Shown piece by piece: positions 11,352 through 23,967 of a stretch of DNA of 64,000 nucleotides. Every line of letters starts with the position of its first letter. Position 1 is the stretch's first letter. Source of the DNA: Bigelowiella natans CCMP2755 (taxonomy: Eukaryota; Protista; Cercozoa); the NCBI GenBank assembly GCA_000320545.1, contig ADNK01002375.1, positions 5,914 to 69,913 on the forward strand, written 5' to 3'. The position numbers and the translations under genes were made by a program. Below the pieces are notes generated by a model. That model saw only the letters and a program-made list of their open reading frames with translations, was not told the DNA's origin and did not search any database.

Positions 11352-13427
11352 TATATCTGAAACTGTCAATACAAATGGGGGCGACGCTCTCCTGGAGGCT
11401 TTTGTCACGATTCATTTCTTTTGAGAAGCTTTTTCTTAATGGATTGCAAGAGACAACTACATTTATTCATAAACCTTTCAGCCTAAACCTACTTTTGTAA
11501 TTCTCTCAAAGAGTTTCTTACCCCAGAGTTTTTAGCTGTTCTGACATCGTCTCCTCTGCATCAGGTTGTAACGAAATTTGTTATGCGATCAAGCACAAGA
11601 TCAGAGAAGTCCAACCCCATATTAACATAAAGTTTGCTTACATCCGCAACTTCGATCTCGTGTGGCGGTCGGCAGAAACAAAAAGAACCTGACAAAAACA
11701 GGCTACATCGTAAACGGCAGATTATATGAAAAACCATGCCGAGTCATCCCATATGTATGAGGTTTATTTATGCCATTTCGACAAGGCAGCCCTTTACTAC
11801 CTCGGACTTTTCCTTTATCTGCATTAAAGAAAATAAAACCAACAGATATCAGAGCTCGTCACATGCTGCCATAGCCAAATGAGTCTTGCCTGGCTATCTC
11901 GCATAGCCGCTAATATCATACCGCTAGCAGGTTTCACCTAATACCAAAGGAAAAACGAAAGAAACTCAACGAATGCTGAGTCTTGATGTTGACGAAAAAA
12001 GTGCTTGCAAGTCAAGACGTAAGACACCGAGGCCTTCTCATGTGGCTGTCTTTGCGACGAATGGTATTGGTGTTTAAGTGACACTAAAGAATCATTGGAG
12101 TGAATCTCGAAACAACAGAAATGTTAGCTCTTGAGGAAAATGGTTGATATCATACGAACGAGACATCAGAGAGAGCCGAAAAATCAACGTTGCATACCCA
12201 GGTTTTGCACCATCCCCGTGCTTTGGGAAGCGACCTTGGAAACAACAAAAATACTCGAAGTATAAATATACATTTTTATATTTTTATATTGCACATAATA
12301 CATGTCCATGTACACTGATATATGTACGGAAAATGGAATACTTCCTTCCATCTGCTATTAAGGTAATTCGTTGATGTAATATATGTTAATTGATATCATC
12401 CTTGGACTATCGACTATGCATGCGAGTGCAGAATTCTACGTTCGTGAACGTCTACTTTGGGAGGAAATCGCCGTTTTTTTTCTTAAACGGAAACGCCAAA
12501 TAGGAACGCCATGTAAAATTTTCGTCCATAAATTTCTCGATTTCTTTGTGGCTTCGGACTAAGCACATAGTTGAGCGCATATTCAGCTTGTTACAGAAAT
12601 TGGAGATAAATAAAGTGACCTATGTTCCCCGCGCTGTTGCTATGATCCATACTTTTACGTTCACCCGAAGCTGCTACATCCAACTCTATCATTCTCTCGA
12701 GCACCAGCTTCCTGAGATCTTCGATGAGCTGCTGAATTCGTGACGATGCTTGCGTTTCGGTCAGCATTGATCGAGCCTGGTAATCATCATTGATGAGACG
12801 ATAGAACTCTATACGTGTGCACCTAAAGGTCTTTGCTCTCCTTCCCTCCCTCCCTATCCCTAGCCCACTTTTTCCTATACGTGTAGTGTGACTTTGTTCA
12901 GCATTTCCGTTGTCAATCCGTTCCATGACATCATTTCCTTCCGCAAACCAACCTAAAGAACGAGAGAATGAATGATGCCTCAAGCAGCTATAGAGTTTGC
13001 TTTAACTGTTGTCAATCGTAATACGAGTCAAAATGTTATACTGTAATGTGTACATTAGGCTCATCCGAGACGACGACGAAACGAAACCTAGCAGTTTTAG
13101 AATATTTATTGTTTAGTACAACAGGCCGAGCACTGTGGACATAAAGTACAATTTTTAATTAATTATGCCTTGGTGGCTTCGATCCCATGGGAAAGAAGGC
13201 CGATAACTTTCCTAACAAGAAATTCAAGCAAATGTAGGAGTTCATCAAGGCGATACTGCGGAAGTGGGCCCACACTCTGGACTACCGTTAAATAAATTCC
13301 AAAACAGCTGCCCGAAAGCTTCAATGGCCTTTCTAGAAACCTCTATCCTGTGAGGTGGATGCACGACATTTGCTCGATTTGTTCGTTTACGTTGAATCAT
13401 GGTGTGCGGATGTCCCATCGTCATCGT

Positions 13428-13461
<34 letters not shown>

Positions 13462-14009
13462 TATTTTCTTTACATCTCTATGTGATACCAAGAAGAACAT
13501 GCCCATCGAACAACTCACAATGAAGGAATGTACAATAATTAACCGTTTGGGGTCCTTGAAGGCCTTCATGAGGGTGGTATCGGCGCTAAATAAGAACAAC
13601 CTCTTCGCCACTATTATGTGCAATAGCTATAGAGGAAAGAAGCAAAAAGGCGGACGTTACAAAACGATTAGATCCCGCAACCCGCCAAACAGACAAAGGC
13701 ATAGAGCGACCTTAGAATGGCGATCGAAACTGTTTTGCGTAGCAGTTGGAGGCCGCATAGATGCCTAAGTTCATAAGTGAAAATTTAGGATGATGTTCCA
13801 CAGAACACCCAAAAGCGCTACGCAAGGATACGTCTGTGTCGTCTGGCATTTTTCAGAACGAAAGTTGTGTTTTAATTTCAAATGTAACATCAGTTTCTTA
13901 GTGACCATCGCTGCAGCATTACGGAGATAGCACTTCTGGAGAGTATCTAACAGAAGCTCTTTTCCTCCTAAAATATATATCAGCATAGATTGGTATTGTT
14001 CTCTCTGTC

Positions 14010-14052
<43 letters not shown>

Positions 14053-17000
14053 CCCATACACATCCTTTGAATAATATTGATTATTCTACATCTATAGCAA
14101 CCCTGTGCAGTGAGTTTCGCGCCAGGCAAACAGTTTAAACACTGCAACTTAGCATTCTGTCTCGCATTGTCCCAATCGGGCACCATTCCCAGGATCATAA
14201 GTGAAGAGGAAGATGCAGTGGTATTCCCAGGACCGCCCATCATATTTGATAAAGTATTGGATGTAATCGACGGTGAGCGAACATTCATGGCCTCCTCCTC
14301 CTCCTCCTCCTGCTGCTGCTGCTCATGATGTCTCGACATAACTAAATTGAATGGATATAAATAAATATGCGAGAATGATATGAGGTGGGCGTGAAGAGGC
14401 TAATGCGTTACAACGCAAGCGGTTCTTATTTTTGTCTCATTTCCACAGATTCTGTTATTACCTTTAGAGCAGAGGTAGAAGAACTCTTTGGCGTGTTGCG
14501 ATGCTGACACGTTCACGACGAGAATTCCACCAAAGTCTCTGTTCACAACTTCGTGTGCACCCGCGATTACAGCAAAGACATGGTGCCACGACCCCCCCTT
14601 TCCATCTTCACCGAGATCAAACTTGCTCTCCTCTCCGCTACCACGACTGTGTCGTCGAGACCGTCGTCGCTTACGTCCTATCCCCTTTCCTCCTCCTCCT
14701 CCTCCTCCTCCCCCTCCCCCTCCCCCTCCCAGAGACGAGAGGAACAGAACGAGCACGGGCTTGTAAGGGCTAGCTTTGATATTTAGCAGGAGATCCCCAA
14801 ACACATCCTCGCACCGTAAATGGACAGACCGCCAGTTTCTCGAAGGTGCCTCATCTTCTTCCTGCAAGAGACACATCCTTGATTTCAGCCTGTTGCTCGT
14901 CTCTTTAGTTCGGAGGGATGGTGGAGGGAAGATGATGCTCGGTGCCTTCCTGTATTTCATATTCGGCTCATGGTTACTGCGACCCCCTTTTACGTTCCTG
15001 TGGTCTATCAGCCTTTCCCCATCTTCTGTCGTGGAGAGGTTTGGAGTTGTATAACGCATTCGGCCAGAGAACACAGACGAAATCCACGGGACATCCTGCC
15101 TCTCGTATGGGAATGATCTTAATGGAACTTGACAAGGTGTCGCTACCTCACTTGCAGCATTGCTATTACCTCCATGAGAAATGGGGAGAAATACCTAATT
15201 ATTATTGACGAAATGCGATAGGTTCGTTGGGGTGCCGAGGCGATAAGAAATAGGATAACGTGTGTAGTAACAACCCCGATCTCGTAGCTGTTGCAAAAGA
15301 CAACGGGTTCATGACCGGTTCCATCAGTTTTTAAGGTGCCCCAAGCATTCGGGGATAAATTGTGACTTCCTGCATATACGAACAGCAGACTCCGCGTGTT
15401 TTTGCGCCTGAAAATATCACGAACATTAGAAACATGAAACAACATCTCAAAGTCAAACTATTCTGAGAATACACTCCCTCATCTTCGGTAAATGAGTGAT
15501 GATGCATCTCGCATCCTACCATCCAAGATAGAGCTTTGCATGTGAGAACTTGCAGCTGGTTTGACCCTCCTTTGGCATGAAACGACAGAAAAACCCTTCT
15601 CTGGGAAACGATTTTTTTTTATACGTTTTTTCACTTAGTGTGGAGACGGAATAGCCCTTGTACCTGTAGAATTCGGGAAATGTAGCGAACATGACTCGTA
15701 CAAAGAAAAATGATACTTCATCATCATCGCCATCATCAGTGAGACAGGCATCGTTCTAATCTTCTCACATTCCATTGAGGACGTCTCGATAGGATGGCCA
15801 AGCAATACTCAGCTGACACATCGCCGCTTTGTCGCACCAGCTCTTTGTGGCATGTGCGAAGCTCTTGAGAAAGGCCTTGCTTAGCATGCCTAACGAACTT
15901 ACCACCACATCCATCTCCACCTCACCATCCCTCAATTTTTGTCTTTGAACCAGACTGCACAAGCGCAAGAGGCCATATTCACAAACCGAGGATTGGTCTT
16001 TGCCTTGTTGCATTTCCTCAATTTCTTTTTTTGAAGTGCGCTCCGTTTGCTGGCTGCGGCGGTGGTTCTGATACTTCTCGTTGCGCTTTTTGTTGATATG
16101 CTGCTGTGTGAGGCGGCTATGGCGTCCTGGCACACTGCAAACAAGGAAGGCTCGAGTGTTGAAGTCATACCTTTTAAAGGTATCCTATGCAGTGATAGTA
16201 AAGTTTAAAGAAGGTATAGTAAGTTTCTTGAACCATTGCAAACAAGAAGTTTCGAAATTCAAAATCTCAGATCAAAATCCCCCCCCCCCCTCATCGCATT
16301 GTTTTTTTTAACAATCAAATCGAAGAAAAAGGAGGACACGTGTCAAGCTATATGCAAGGGTGTTTTTCCAATAACCTTCCATCTCGCACAAACCGCTTTG
16401 GCGCTGCGTTTTCGAGGGAGGTTGTTCTTCATACGGTTTTTCGCACGCTCAAAGTCTCCATTTTCCTCCAGGAGAGCGATGAAAGCCTTATTTCTCTCGC
16501 TGCTGGTGGTGGTGCCAGCTAGCAAAGCAATCTTTCTTTCCCAATCTTGGGGAATCATAGAGTCCGGTGCAAGTTTTGGGCCTTATTTTGCGCGAGAATA
16601 TTAATGTTTGTATCGTGCGTATCAAATTGTCTACCTCCAGTTAGATCCGGAGCCTGATCATCGACATCCGAGAGCATCGCGCCAATGAAAGCCTCCAAGT
16701 GGGCTTGGAATTCAGCTGCAGCTGTTGGTGTTTCGGTTGGGCGGTCTTTGATGCCTCTTTTAGCATCTAATTCGTGCCGATAATCAGTTCTTAAAACAAA
16801 TGTTCTCAGTATCTTGCCATCACGCCAAACACATGCCAACATGCCCACCTTGTCCCATGCGGCTGTTGGGATCCTTCCCTTTTATCGGAAAGTCTTGAAC
16901 CCATACTTGCTAGAAATTGTAACAAGCTATGAGGTCCGGAGTGTCATACCCGCAAAGATAAGAAAATATATTCTATTGCCAAAGAACCAATGGAAAAAAC

Positions 17001-18355
17001 TATACCTGGGCACAGCTGTGCTGAACCAAATTTGCTGAGCTGATAACAACGCGGAGCCTGTCTGGCATCTCTAAGAGCATGAGTTTCGGATGAAAGCATG
17101 CCGTCATCGGTATATATGCAGGAAAGACTGGCCGTACAACCATTAAATCGGGCCACATCTAAGGATCAAAACCAAAGCAGCAGAACAACTGTGAATTCTT
17201 CTGTGCCAATGCATGCTTGATCAATTTACACTTGAGAATAAATCACCGTCGGCCATGGCCGCCATACGCCTGGAATTTGCATCCCTCTTCCCTGGCGTGG
17301 ATAGTCGGACACAATGGTGAGTGGAAATCCTTGGCGACCTGCGGCAGCAAAGGGCCCAATTGTAGCCTCCCCTCGCCATCCGAACGAAGTCAACAGGGCG
17401 TTTCTTATGTTGGAACACGCCATTAACTCTTTGAGCTGGACGCCCTCCTAATAGACGATAAGTTTCAAGCAGTAGATATTAGGATAAACATAAGGATAGT
17501 ACGGGTGTGTAGCTTGAATATGGGACCTCGTTCATGTGGATTCGATCTCCCCTGTACCAGACATCGTTAGAGCTTGATGAGAGAGACGATGTGATGAAAC
17601 AGTCGTGGCTCGGACGTTGCCTTTTCTTGCTGACACCCCAAGAAATTTCTAGCCATTCAACCGGAATAAACTCCTGCGTCAACAGGTCCTTGTGGCCTGG
17701 AGTGGCGAAAGCAGTTTGCGAATTGTTGCTAATTGATATTGCAAGGGTAGTACTTACATTCAATTGCAATCTTGTCGCCGTTATGTAAAATATAGGATTG
17801 TCCTTTCTCAAGAAACACAATCCTGCAGTTGCTCCGCGCCAGTATCGCTGTTGGGTTTGTACCTCTGCGAACGACACAATTCAAGTCATGTTTATGACAA
17901 ACTCAGTGATGCACAGGACAAAGATTGCATTTTCAATGTCCCACTTCGAATGTATGTACACAGCCTTTTGGTCTTGGTCACGGCTTGATGCCCATTGGAG
18001 TGTGCACTGCCGCCGAGACACGGTGCGATTCTTTGTCCTTTCGGGGGGGAGGGGAAAGGATACCATGAGGAAGACTTCATTTTTTCTTGCACAACACTAA
18101 CCAAGTGTGCTCCCTGCCAAGGTGTGCTGGCAAGTTCACAAAGTTGGAACCAACCCTCACATCTGCATCCTGCATCATGGAATGAATGACGAAGTCGTGC
18201 GAACCCCTTCCCTCCTTTCTTCGGAAGGTCTTCCTTGTTGGGCCGAATTTCGAATTTCCGCCATGCAAGCAAAAAACGCCATGGAACATGGACAGCGACA
18301 AAGGAATTCTTCTTTTTTTGCTAATTTGGGAATCAGCACATCGCGTCGTCGTCAT
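11143..18355 (-). CDS. TDP1: Multidomain tyrosyl-DNA phosphodiesterase 1: FHA - TDP1 - thioredoxin-fold-like region - HAD/PNK 3'-phosphatase-like domain (about 20+ exons)
   Basis: FHA: LPAHLGR..VSRRQCTL..GTNPT..LHNGDKIAI (~17760-18130). TDP1: FHPKLMLL..LRVVISSANL (~17027-17095), QVWVQDFP, YDFN..CSVPGRH, WPSYRDV, SHAKLY (~15530), YAGSHNLSPNAWG, NSYEIGV, PYERQDVPW. HAD-like: FLFSADTTL, KPASGMIL, VLFVSADR, VDFLLAKDFF*. The TDP1 identity is strong. Continuity to the HAD part relies on manual splicing. Confidence 0.8.
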
Positions 18356-18433
18356 TCAGCTGTGTTGTGATGCATTCAATGTTCAGTTCAGTTCGTGCCA
18401 ATTTGCACGAACTCCGCTAGCTTGCTAGTCAGT

Positions 18434-18718
18434 CCTCACTGAAGCCAGTTCGAGGCACTGCATTTCGCACATTGCAAGTGTATGTCACACTTTGGAGATG
18501 TAGTTTTTCATCATTGTTCATTGTTCATTGTTCAGCACATCGTTTTTGCATTGTTCCATGTGCACATCCACATCAACACCTGTGATTCCTTCTGGTTTCA
18601 CTGGTCCAGTGGTTGGACCTCACTGAAGTCAGTTCGAGGCACTGCGTTTCGCACACTGCAAGTGTCTTGCAACGTTTTGGAAATGCAGTTTGTCGTCATT
18701 GTTCGCTTGTTCATTGTC
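18434..18718. repeat. Degenerate direct repeat, two ~100 bp copies with period 184, each ending in (TTCATTG)n-like units
   Basis: cctcactgaagccagttcgaggcactgcatttcgcac.. at 18434 versus cctcactgaagtcagttcgaggcactgcgtttcgcac.. at 18618. Confidence 0.9.
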
Positions 18719-19793
18719 AAATCGTCATTTTGTCATCACAATTGTTCGATCGCAACACATCACGCGACGTGCATCAAGTGCAACACACTCAGATGTGATG
18801 CCACAATGAGGAAAAAGACACCGCGTGTGCATGGCGGCACACACTTTGTCTTGCAAATGCAAATCTGCCAAAACCCACATTGAGTGAAAACACATGCACG
18901 CAGGCGGCACGATGTTGTTCTGGTGGATGATGAACACAGCAATGTGCTCCAGTGCCAGTGCATTGTGCATGTTGCACGTGTGTGCATCGTGTGCATCACA
19001 TTGCATGTCCATCATGTGGTAGCTGGTCACTGCATGAGCGGACAGCACGCAAGCACACCCACACACAGCATTCTAGCATTGCTAGATTGCGCTTGTGCAC
19101 TGCGCTGGTGCAGTCATTCTAAAGCAAATTATTTTTGTTCGTGTGCACGCTTGATCGATCGATCAACGAGTCAACGTGCACAGCACACCTCCAGACCTGA
19201 TGATTCACACATGCCATGTAGCGCATGCTGGCATGCTAGCATGGCATCACCGCTCTAGCGCTGCGAAAGATCGAATTGTTGATGCGTGAAAACATGCATC
19301 ATTGCGTTGTCACGCTACGTGATCTGTGCTAGTGATGACAGCAATTTCGTGTTTTGAGTGCGCAATCAATCACTAGATCGAATGCTAGCGCATGCTGTCT
19401 AGCTTTGTCAAGTGCATGTCGTCACTTGCGCACTGCTTAGACTAGCCATCTGCTATCTGTGTCGCAACTGTCGCAACACGGCATTTTTGTCTAACCTAGT
19501 AACGACGAATAGTTCATGCATGCTTGCATCGCATGGCGGTTGCATCTCATCCACCGCATGCATGCATGTCGTCGCGATCGATCGTTGTCATGTAAATGAT
19601 TGCAAATCGAAGCTCACAATGACAGAGCATTTAACCTTAAAATTTGAATTCAGAAATTTCGCATCGCTAAACTAAAGGATGGAGAATGCACGAGAGAGAT
19701 CGTGAACATTTCTGTTTTGGGTGAGGCAATTAGTACGACTTAGGCTACCAATGCCATGATTTTGATTAATTGTTTTACTCAGGAAAAGTTTTC

Positions 19794-21038
19794 TCACTGA
19801 GAGATAGCTTGAACGTGTGTAAAAGACCAATCAAGAAGATCGCCATTGTCAGTAGTAACTGCAGTAAGCAGATGCGTTGGATTCAGATCGTCGTCTAGTA
19901 CAAGGTGTGGACGTTCACGGCGAACGTAAGTGATGCTACTTCCTCCTTCAACGTCAGTCGAAAGAGTAAAAGCGGCAGTGTCCGCCATGGTCCAATTAAA
20001 ACCATCTCTGGAAAAAGCATGGGCTCCAACGTAAGGATTATTCCAGCTGTGAAACAATGCATGCAAGTAACCTGCAGCATCTCTGAACATGAAAGTGTCC
20101 TCCATACCGTTATTTAGGGCTGGTTGTGCAGCTAGCTTAGAGTCTACAAGGTGATATGAGCCATTCCAAGAGTCAGCAGTCGCTAACCAAATTGCGGAGT
20201 TGGGAAGTGGAGCTGGTGATCCCCATGACCGAGTGAATGTAAGAATGTTTCCGTTCTCCAGAACAACAGGAGCATGGGATTCGAAGCCGAGATTTGCTTC
20301 AGTCCAATTCCATTTGGCCAAGCTCATATTTTGTCTCTCCCATGGCCCATCGAGGGTGGGGGCAAAGAGGATGTCTTGGCATGCACGTTCATATGATTGA
20401 TCTGTTCCTGGGCAATCTCCAAAGGTCGTCCCGTTGCTGCAATGAGTGCAGGGCCCCACAAGACCCGTACCGTTCGATCCAGTGATAGCTCCATCAGCGC
20501 AGCCAATTTTATACATAACATAACCTTCATCTACTTTCACAACTGTCGGTTCATGTGCAAAGAACCCAATTATCTCCTTCTCGAATTTGTATGGACCCAT
20601 AGCATCATCCGAGGTAGCGTGGACAATCCTAGAGTTTCGAAGCCAAGAGTCTAGACCACATCCTTGGGTCATCTCTGACACAAATAGATGCCATCGTTTG
20701 TCGTTCTCAGGATCTTTCCAAATGGATCCTCCCCAAGAAGCAAGACCATTGCCATCTCCATCAGGGTATTGTCCGTATGCCGGAGTAGACTTTGCAGGCA
20801 TAGGCATGAGGTTCAGTTCTCCACAGTCGTCGCCTTTCCATCCCTTGAAGCATTCGCAGACGCTATCTTCTAAACAATGTCCGTTTAGGTTGCAATCCTC
20901 GTCTGCTGTGCATTGGAAATCAGCGTCATGCACTTTGTGAACCTGTCGGTCATCTTTCGTCGTGTGTGTGTTCCCAGGGATGAGGGCATTCGCTACAATG
21001 GCGGTAGCGAGAATAAAGGTGGCACGATGGTAAATCAT
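19794..21038 (-). CDS. Secreted EGF-domain + GH43-like (five-bladed beta-propeller) glycoside hydrolase, intronless
   Basis: 414-aa ORF with an N-terminal hydrophobic signal and an EGF-like domain (CNLNGHC..CECFKGWKGDDC). It also has WGGSI, SRIVHATS..GPY, AHEP, EDTFMFRD and RERPHL motifs typical of GH43-like propellers. Confidence 0.8.
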   Translation of the reverse strand: MIYHRATFILATAIVANALIPGNTHTTKDDRQVHKVHDADFQCTADEDCNLNGHCLEDSVCECFKGWKGDDCGELNLMPMPAKSTPAYGQYPDGDGNGLASWGGSIWKDPENDKRWHLFVSEMTQGCGLDSWLRNSRIVHATSDDAMGPYKFEKEIIGFFAHEPTVVKVDEGYVMYKIGCADGAITGSNGTGLVGPCTHCSNGTTFGDCPGTDQSYERACQDILFAPTLDGPWERQNMSLAKWNWTEANLGFESHAPVVLENGNILTFTRSWGSPAPLPNSAIWLATADSWNGSYHLVDSKLAAQPALNNGMEDTFMFRDAAGYLHALFHSWNNPYVGAHAFSRDGFNWTMADTAAFTLSTDVEGGSSITYVRRERPHLVLDDDLNPTHLLTAVTTDNGDLLDWSFTHVQAISQ

Positions 21039-21643
21039 CTCGTGAACAAATGAGAAAGGAGCAGTTTGGGAGACAGTTGTCCTTCGAGCTCTGGGGATGG
21101 TGGAGGGTGAGATGGAAGACGGTTTCGGCGCAATGGCGGTCAGAGTGACTTTCCTTCATAGCGACTTCAATTAATTCATGTCGTTCTCCAAAACAAATCT
21201 TCATCTCCAAAATGAAGTGGTGCATGCGATTCTTTTGGGTGAAAGTCACCGCTTCAAAATCGTTTGTAGCGGGGGTACCTGGCAGAAGTACCCTGCATTT
21301 TTAATGCGCTTTTTAAAACTACACAGCATGATTTTAATATTTCTTCGGGGGAAATATGAGACTCACACGAAATTCTCTAGAGTCTTGGATAGCTTAAACA
21401 GGATAAATTGGAATAAATTACACTTCTCCATTCGAAGATTTTATTAATATCCAGGATATTTATAGAATAATTATCAATATAAAAGCGTATCTTCATCCAA
21501 TTACCTTGCTTTCAAGGCTATGATTTTTACAGTTGTGCCTTATTTTACCTTGCGCATTTCAGCACCACTCTGGAAGGCTCTCTCGTTAATAGAGCAAGCC
21601 TTCGCATTCCTTCCTCCTTCCAACACACTTTCATTATCTAAAC

Positions 21644-22807
21644 ATGGAGGCATATCAGAAGTCAAGAGGGGGATTCTCTTTTAACCTTTGTGACAGGTGA
21701 TTTTAGTGAATAGGTTTATTTCGCACGCTTCTGCCGAAGCAGATTTTCTACCTTCCTTTGTGCATGTTATTTAGCTGCTGCTTTCTTCATTTTGCAGGAA
21801 CAAACTACTTTCATCCGATGGTAAAGCTACTGTCCCCAAAACTAAGAAAACGGGAACTACCATCTGTGGGGTTGTTTACAAGGTCACTAATATGCAAATA
21901 AAAATGTGAGCTGGTTCAAAATTAATGAGAGCAATCATTAGAACGGCGTCGTCTTGGGGGCCGATACCCGTGCTACGGAGGGACCTATAGTGTGTGATAA
22001 GAATTGCGAAAAAATCCACAAGATCACTGAAAATATTTGGTGCTGTGGAGCTGGTACCTCGGCCGATACTGAAAACGTCACAGGTAAACGACCGCATGGT
22101 CTGGCCGACACTGATATATTTTTATTGACTGAGAATTTCAATACCAACGAAATAATTAGGACTCATTGGTTCACAACTTGAGCTCCATCGATTAGCAACA
22201 GGAAAGGAACCGCGTGTTATCACTGCATTAACTCGTCTGAAGCAACGGCTATTCCAGTACGATAAAACGATTAAAAAAACCGTGTATTGCTTAACCGGCT
22301 CACTCTTGAATCCGTCAGGTATCAAGGATACATTAGTGCTGCTCTCGTTCTTGGCGGGGTCGACTGCGATGGACCTCATATTTATACTGTGTGGCCTCAT
22401 GGGAGCACTGATCATCTCCCGTACGCTACCATGGGTTCCGGTAGCTTAGCTGCTATGGCAGTTTTTGAAGCCAGCTACAAGGATGATATGGATGTAATTC
22501 ATTCTGAGTTTGTTTTGTGCATCAGATGCTAAACATTTTTTTTTCCCAGGAGAAAGAGGCTATAGCACTGGTAAATGATGCGATCCAGGCTGGAATCTGG
22601 AATGATCTAGGCTCTGGTGGAAACGTAGATGTGATGGTCATCAACAAAAAGGGTACTAAAATGCTTCGAAATATGGTAAAACCAAACGACCGTACTTTCC
22701 ACGCGAAGGGCTTCTATAAATTCCCAAAAGGAACAACTGCTCTAGCGGAAGAGGCTAAAAAGAGATTCGCGGCTATGTCTGTTTCCACCATGGAGGTCGA
22801 TTCCTGA
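21644..22807 (+). CDS. PSMB7: 20S proteasome subunit beta 2 (trypsin-like)
   Basis: GGFSF propeptide, KTG|TTICGV (catalytic Thr), [58 protein letters not shown]. Six exons with short GT-AG introns. Confidence 0.97.
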
Positions 22808-23967
22808 GCATCTCTATGTACAAGGAAGACAATAAATTTATTCTTTAGAAAAGACAGCAATTGCATCCATAAACATAATTGCTAGACCACCTAGCCAGAG
22901 AGATTGTCTGGTCATGTCCATGCATGCACGCGAGCTAGCGCGAGACGGCAGATCAATGCTAGAATGTACGTAATGCAAACGTAACAATTGCATATTTTCA
23001 ATGTACTCGTGATTCATTTTAATTATATGTGGCTGTGACAAAGCTGCGGCTACAGCGCAAATATGCGGATGTATATAGATGACAGTATGCACTGCTATAG
23101 ATGCTCTAGTGCTCTAGTGCTGTCTAGCTGTTGTTGCTAGATTGCAGAGCGGGTCGCCCCGCGCAAGCAGCACGTACTACATAGATGAGCACTTCACAGA
23201 CTAGTAGAGCACTGGAGTATAGTGGCATGCAAGAAGCACTAGAGCACACTACTAGACTACCCAAGCATCGTAGACTCTGCTAGCTACCGCTCTGGCTAGC
23301 TAGCGCTAGCTAGCCACAGCATGGATGGAGCAGCTGCAGCATGCTAGCATATGTGGATCGAAATGGCTTCATGCGTTCATACGTTCGAGCTGCTGGCGCT
23401 GAACAAATCCGTCCCACATCAGCACAGGCTGGCTAGCTCTAGAGCTGCCTATGACATGTGAGCATGGGCAGTGTCCACTGAACAACTATGACGCTAGATG
23501 ATGAAACGGCTTGTAGCGTACCGCTGCGATCTCTAGATCTAGCGATGCGCATGCGGCAAAGGACATATGAAAGCCTCACTGTTACCTAGTTGTGTGCGAT
23601 CGATGCACTGGTACGTAGGTAGATACATGTATGAACATGTGTGCGAAAAACTAACGTAACGTCAAGAAATGTCTGCTCACCGGTCGCATCGGCGGCGCCA
23701 ACGAAGACTGCTAGACTGTGATGAGATAACGATGCGAATAAGCAACATATATGAATAATGTATACAGGCTTTGGGGTACGGTGCATGCAATTACTGTTAT
23801 ACGTGTCTAGATATGTACCTTAGTTCTATACAAAAATGTAGAACACAGCAGGCATGTCGACGCTATAAAATAACGCATCCTACAAGTGGCCAAGCTAGCC
23901 CGATTATTGGCGACGATAGCTGCTGCTTCCGTTTGTCTTCGATAAAAGATAATATGTAGAAATTGAT

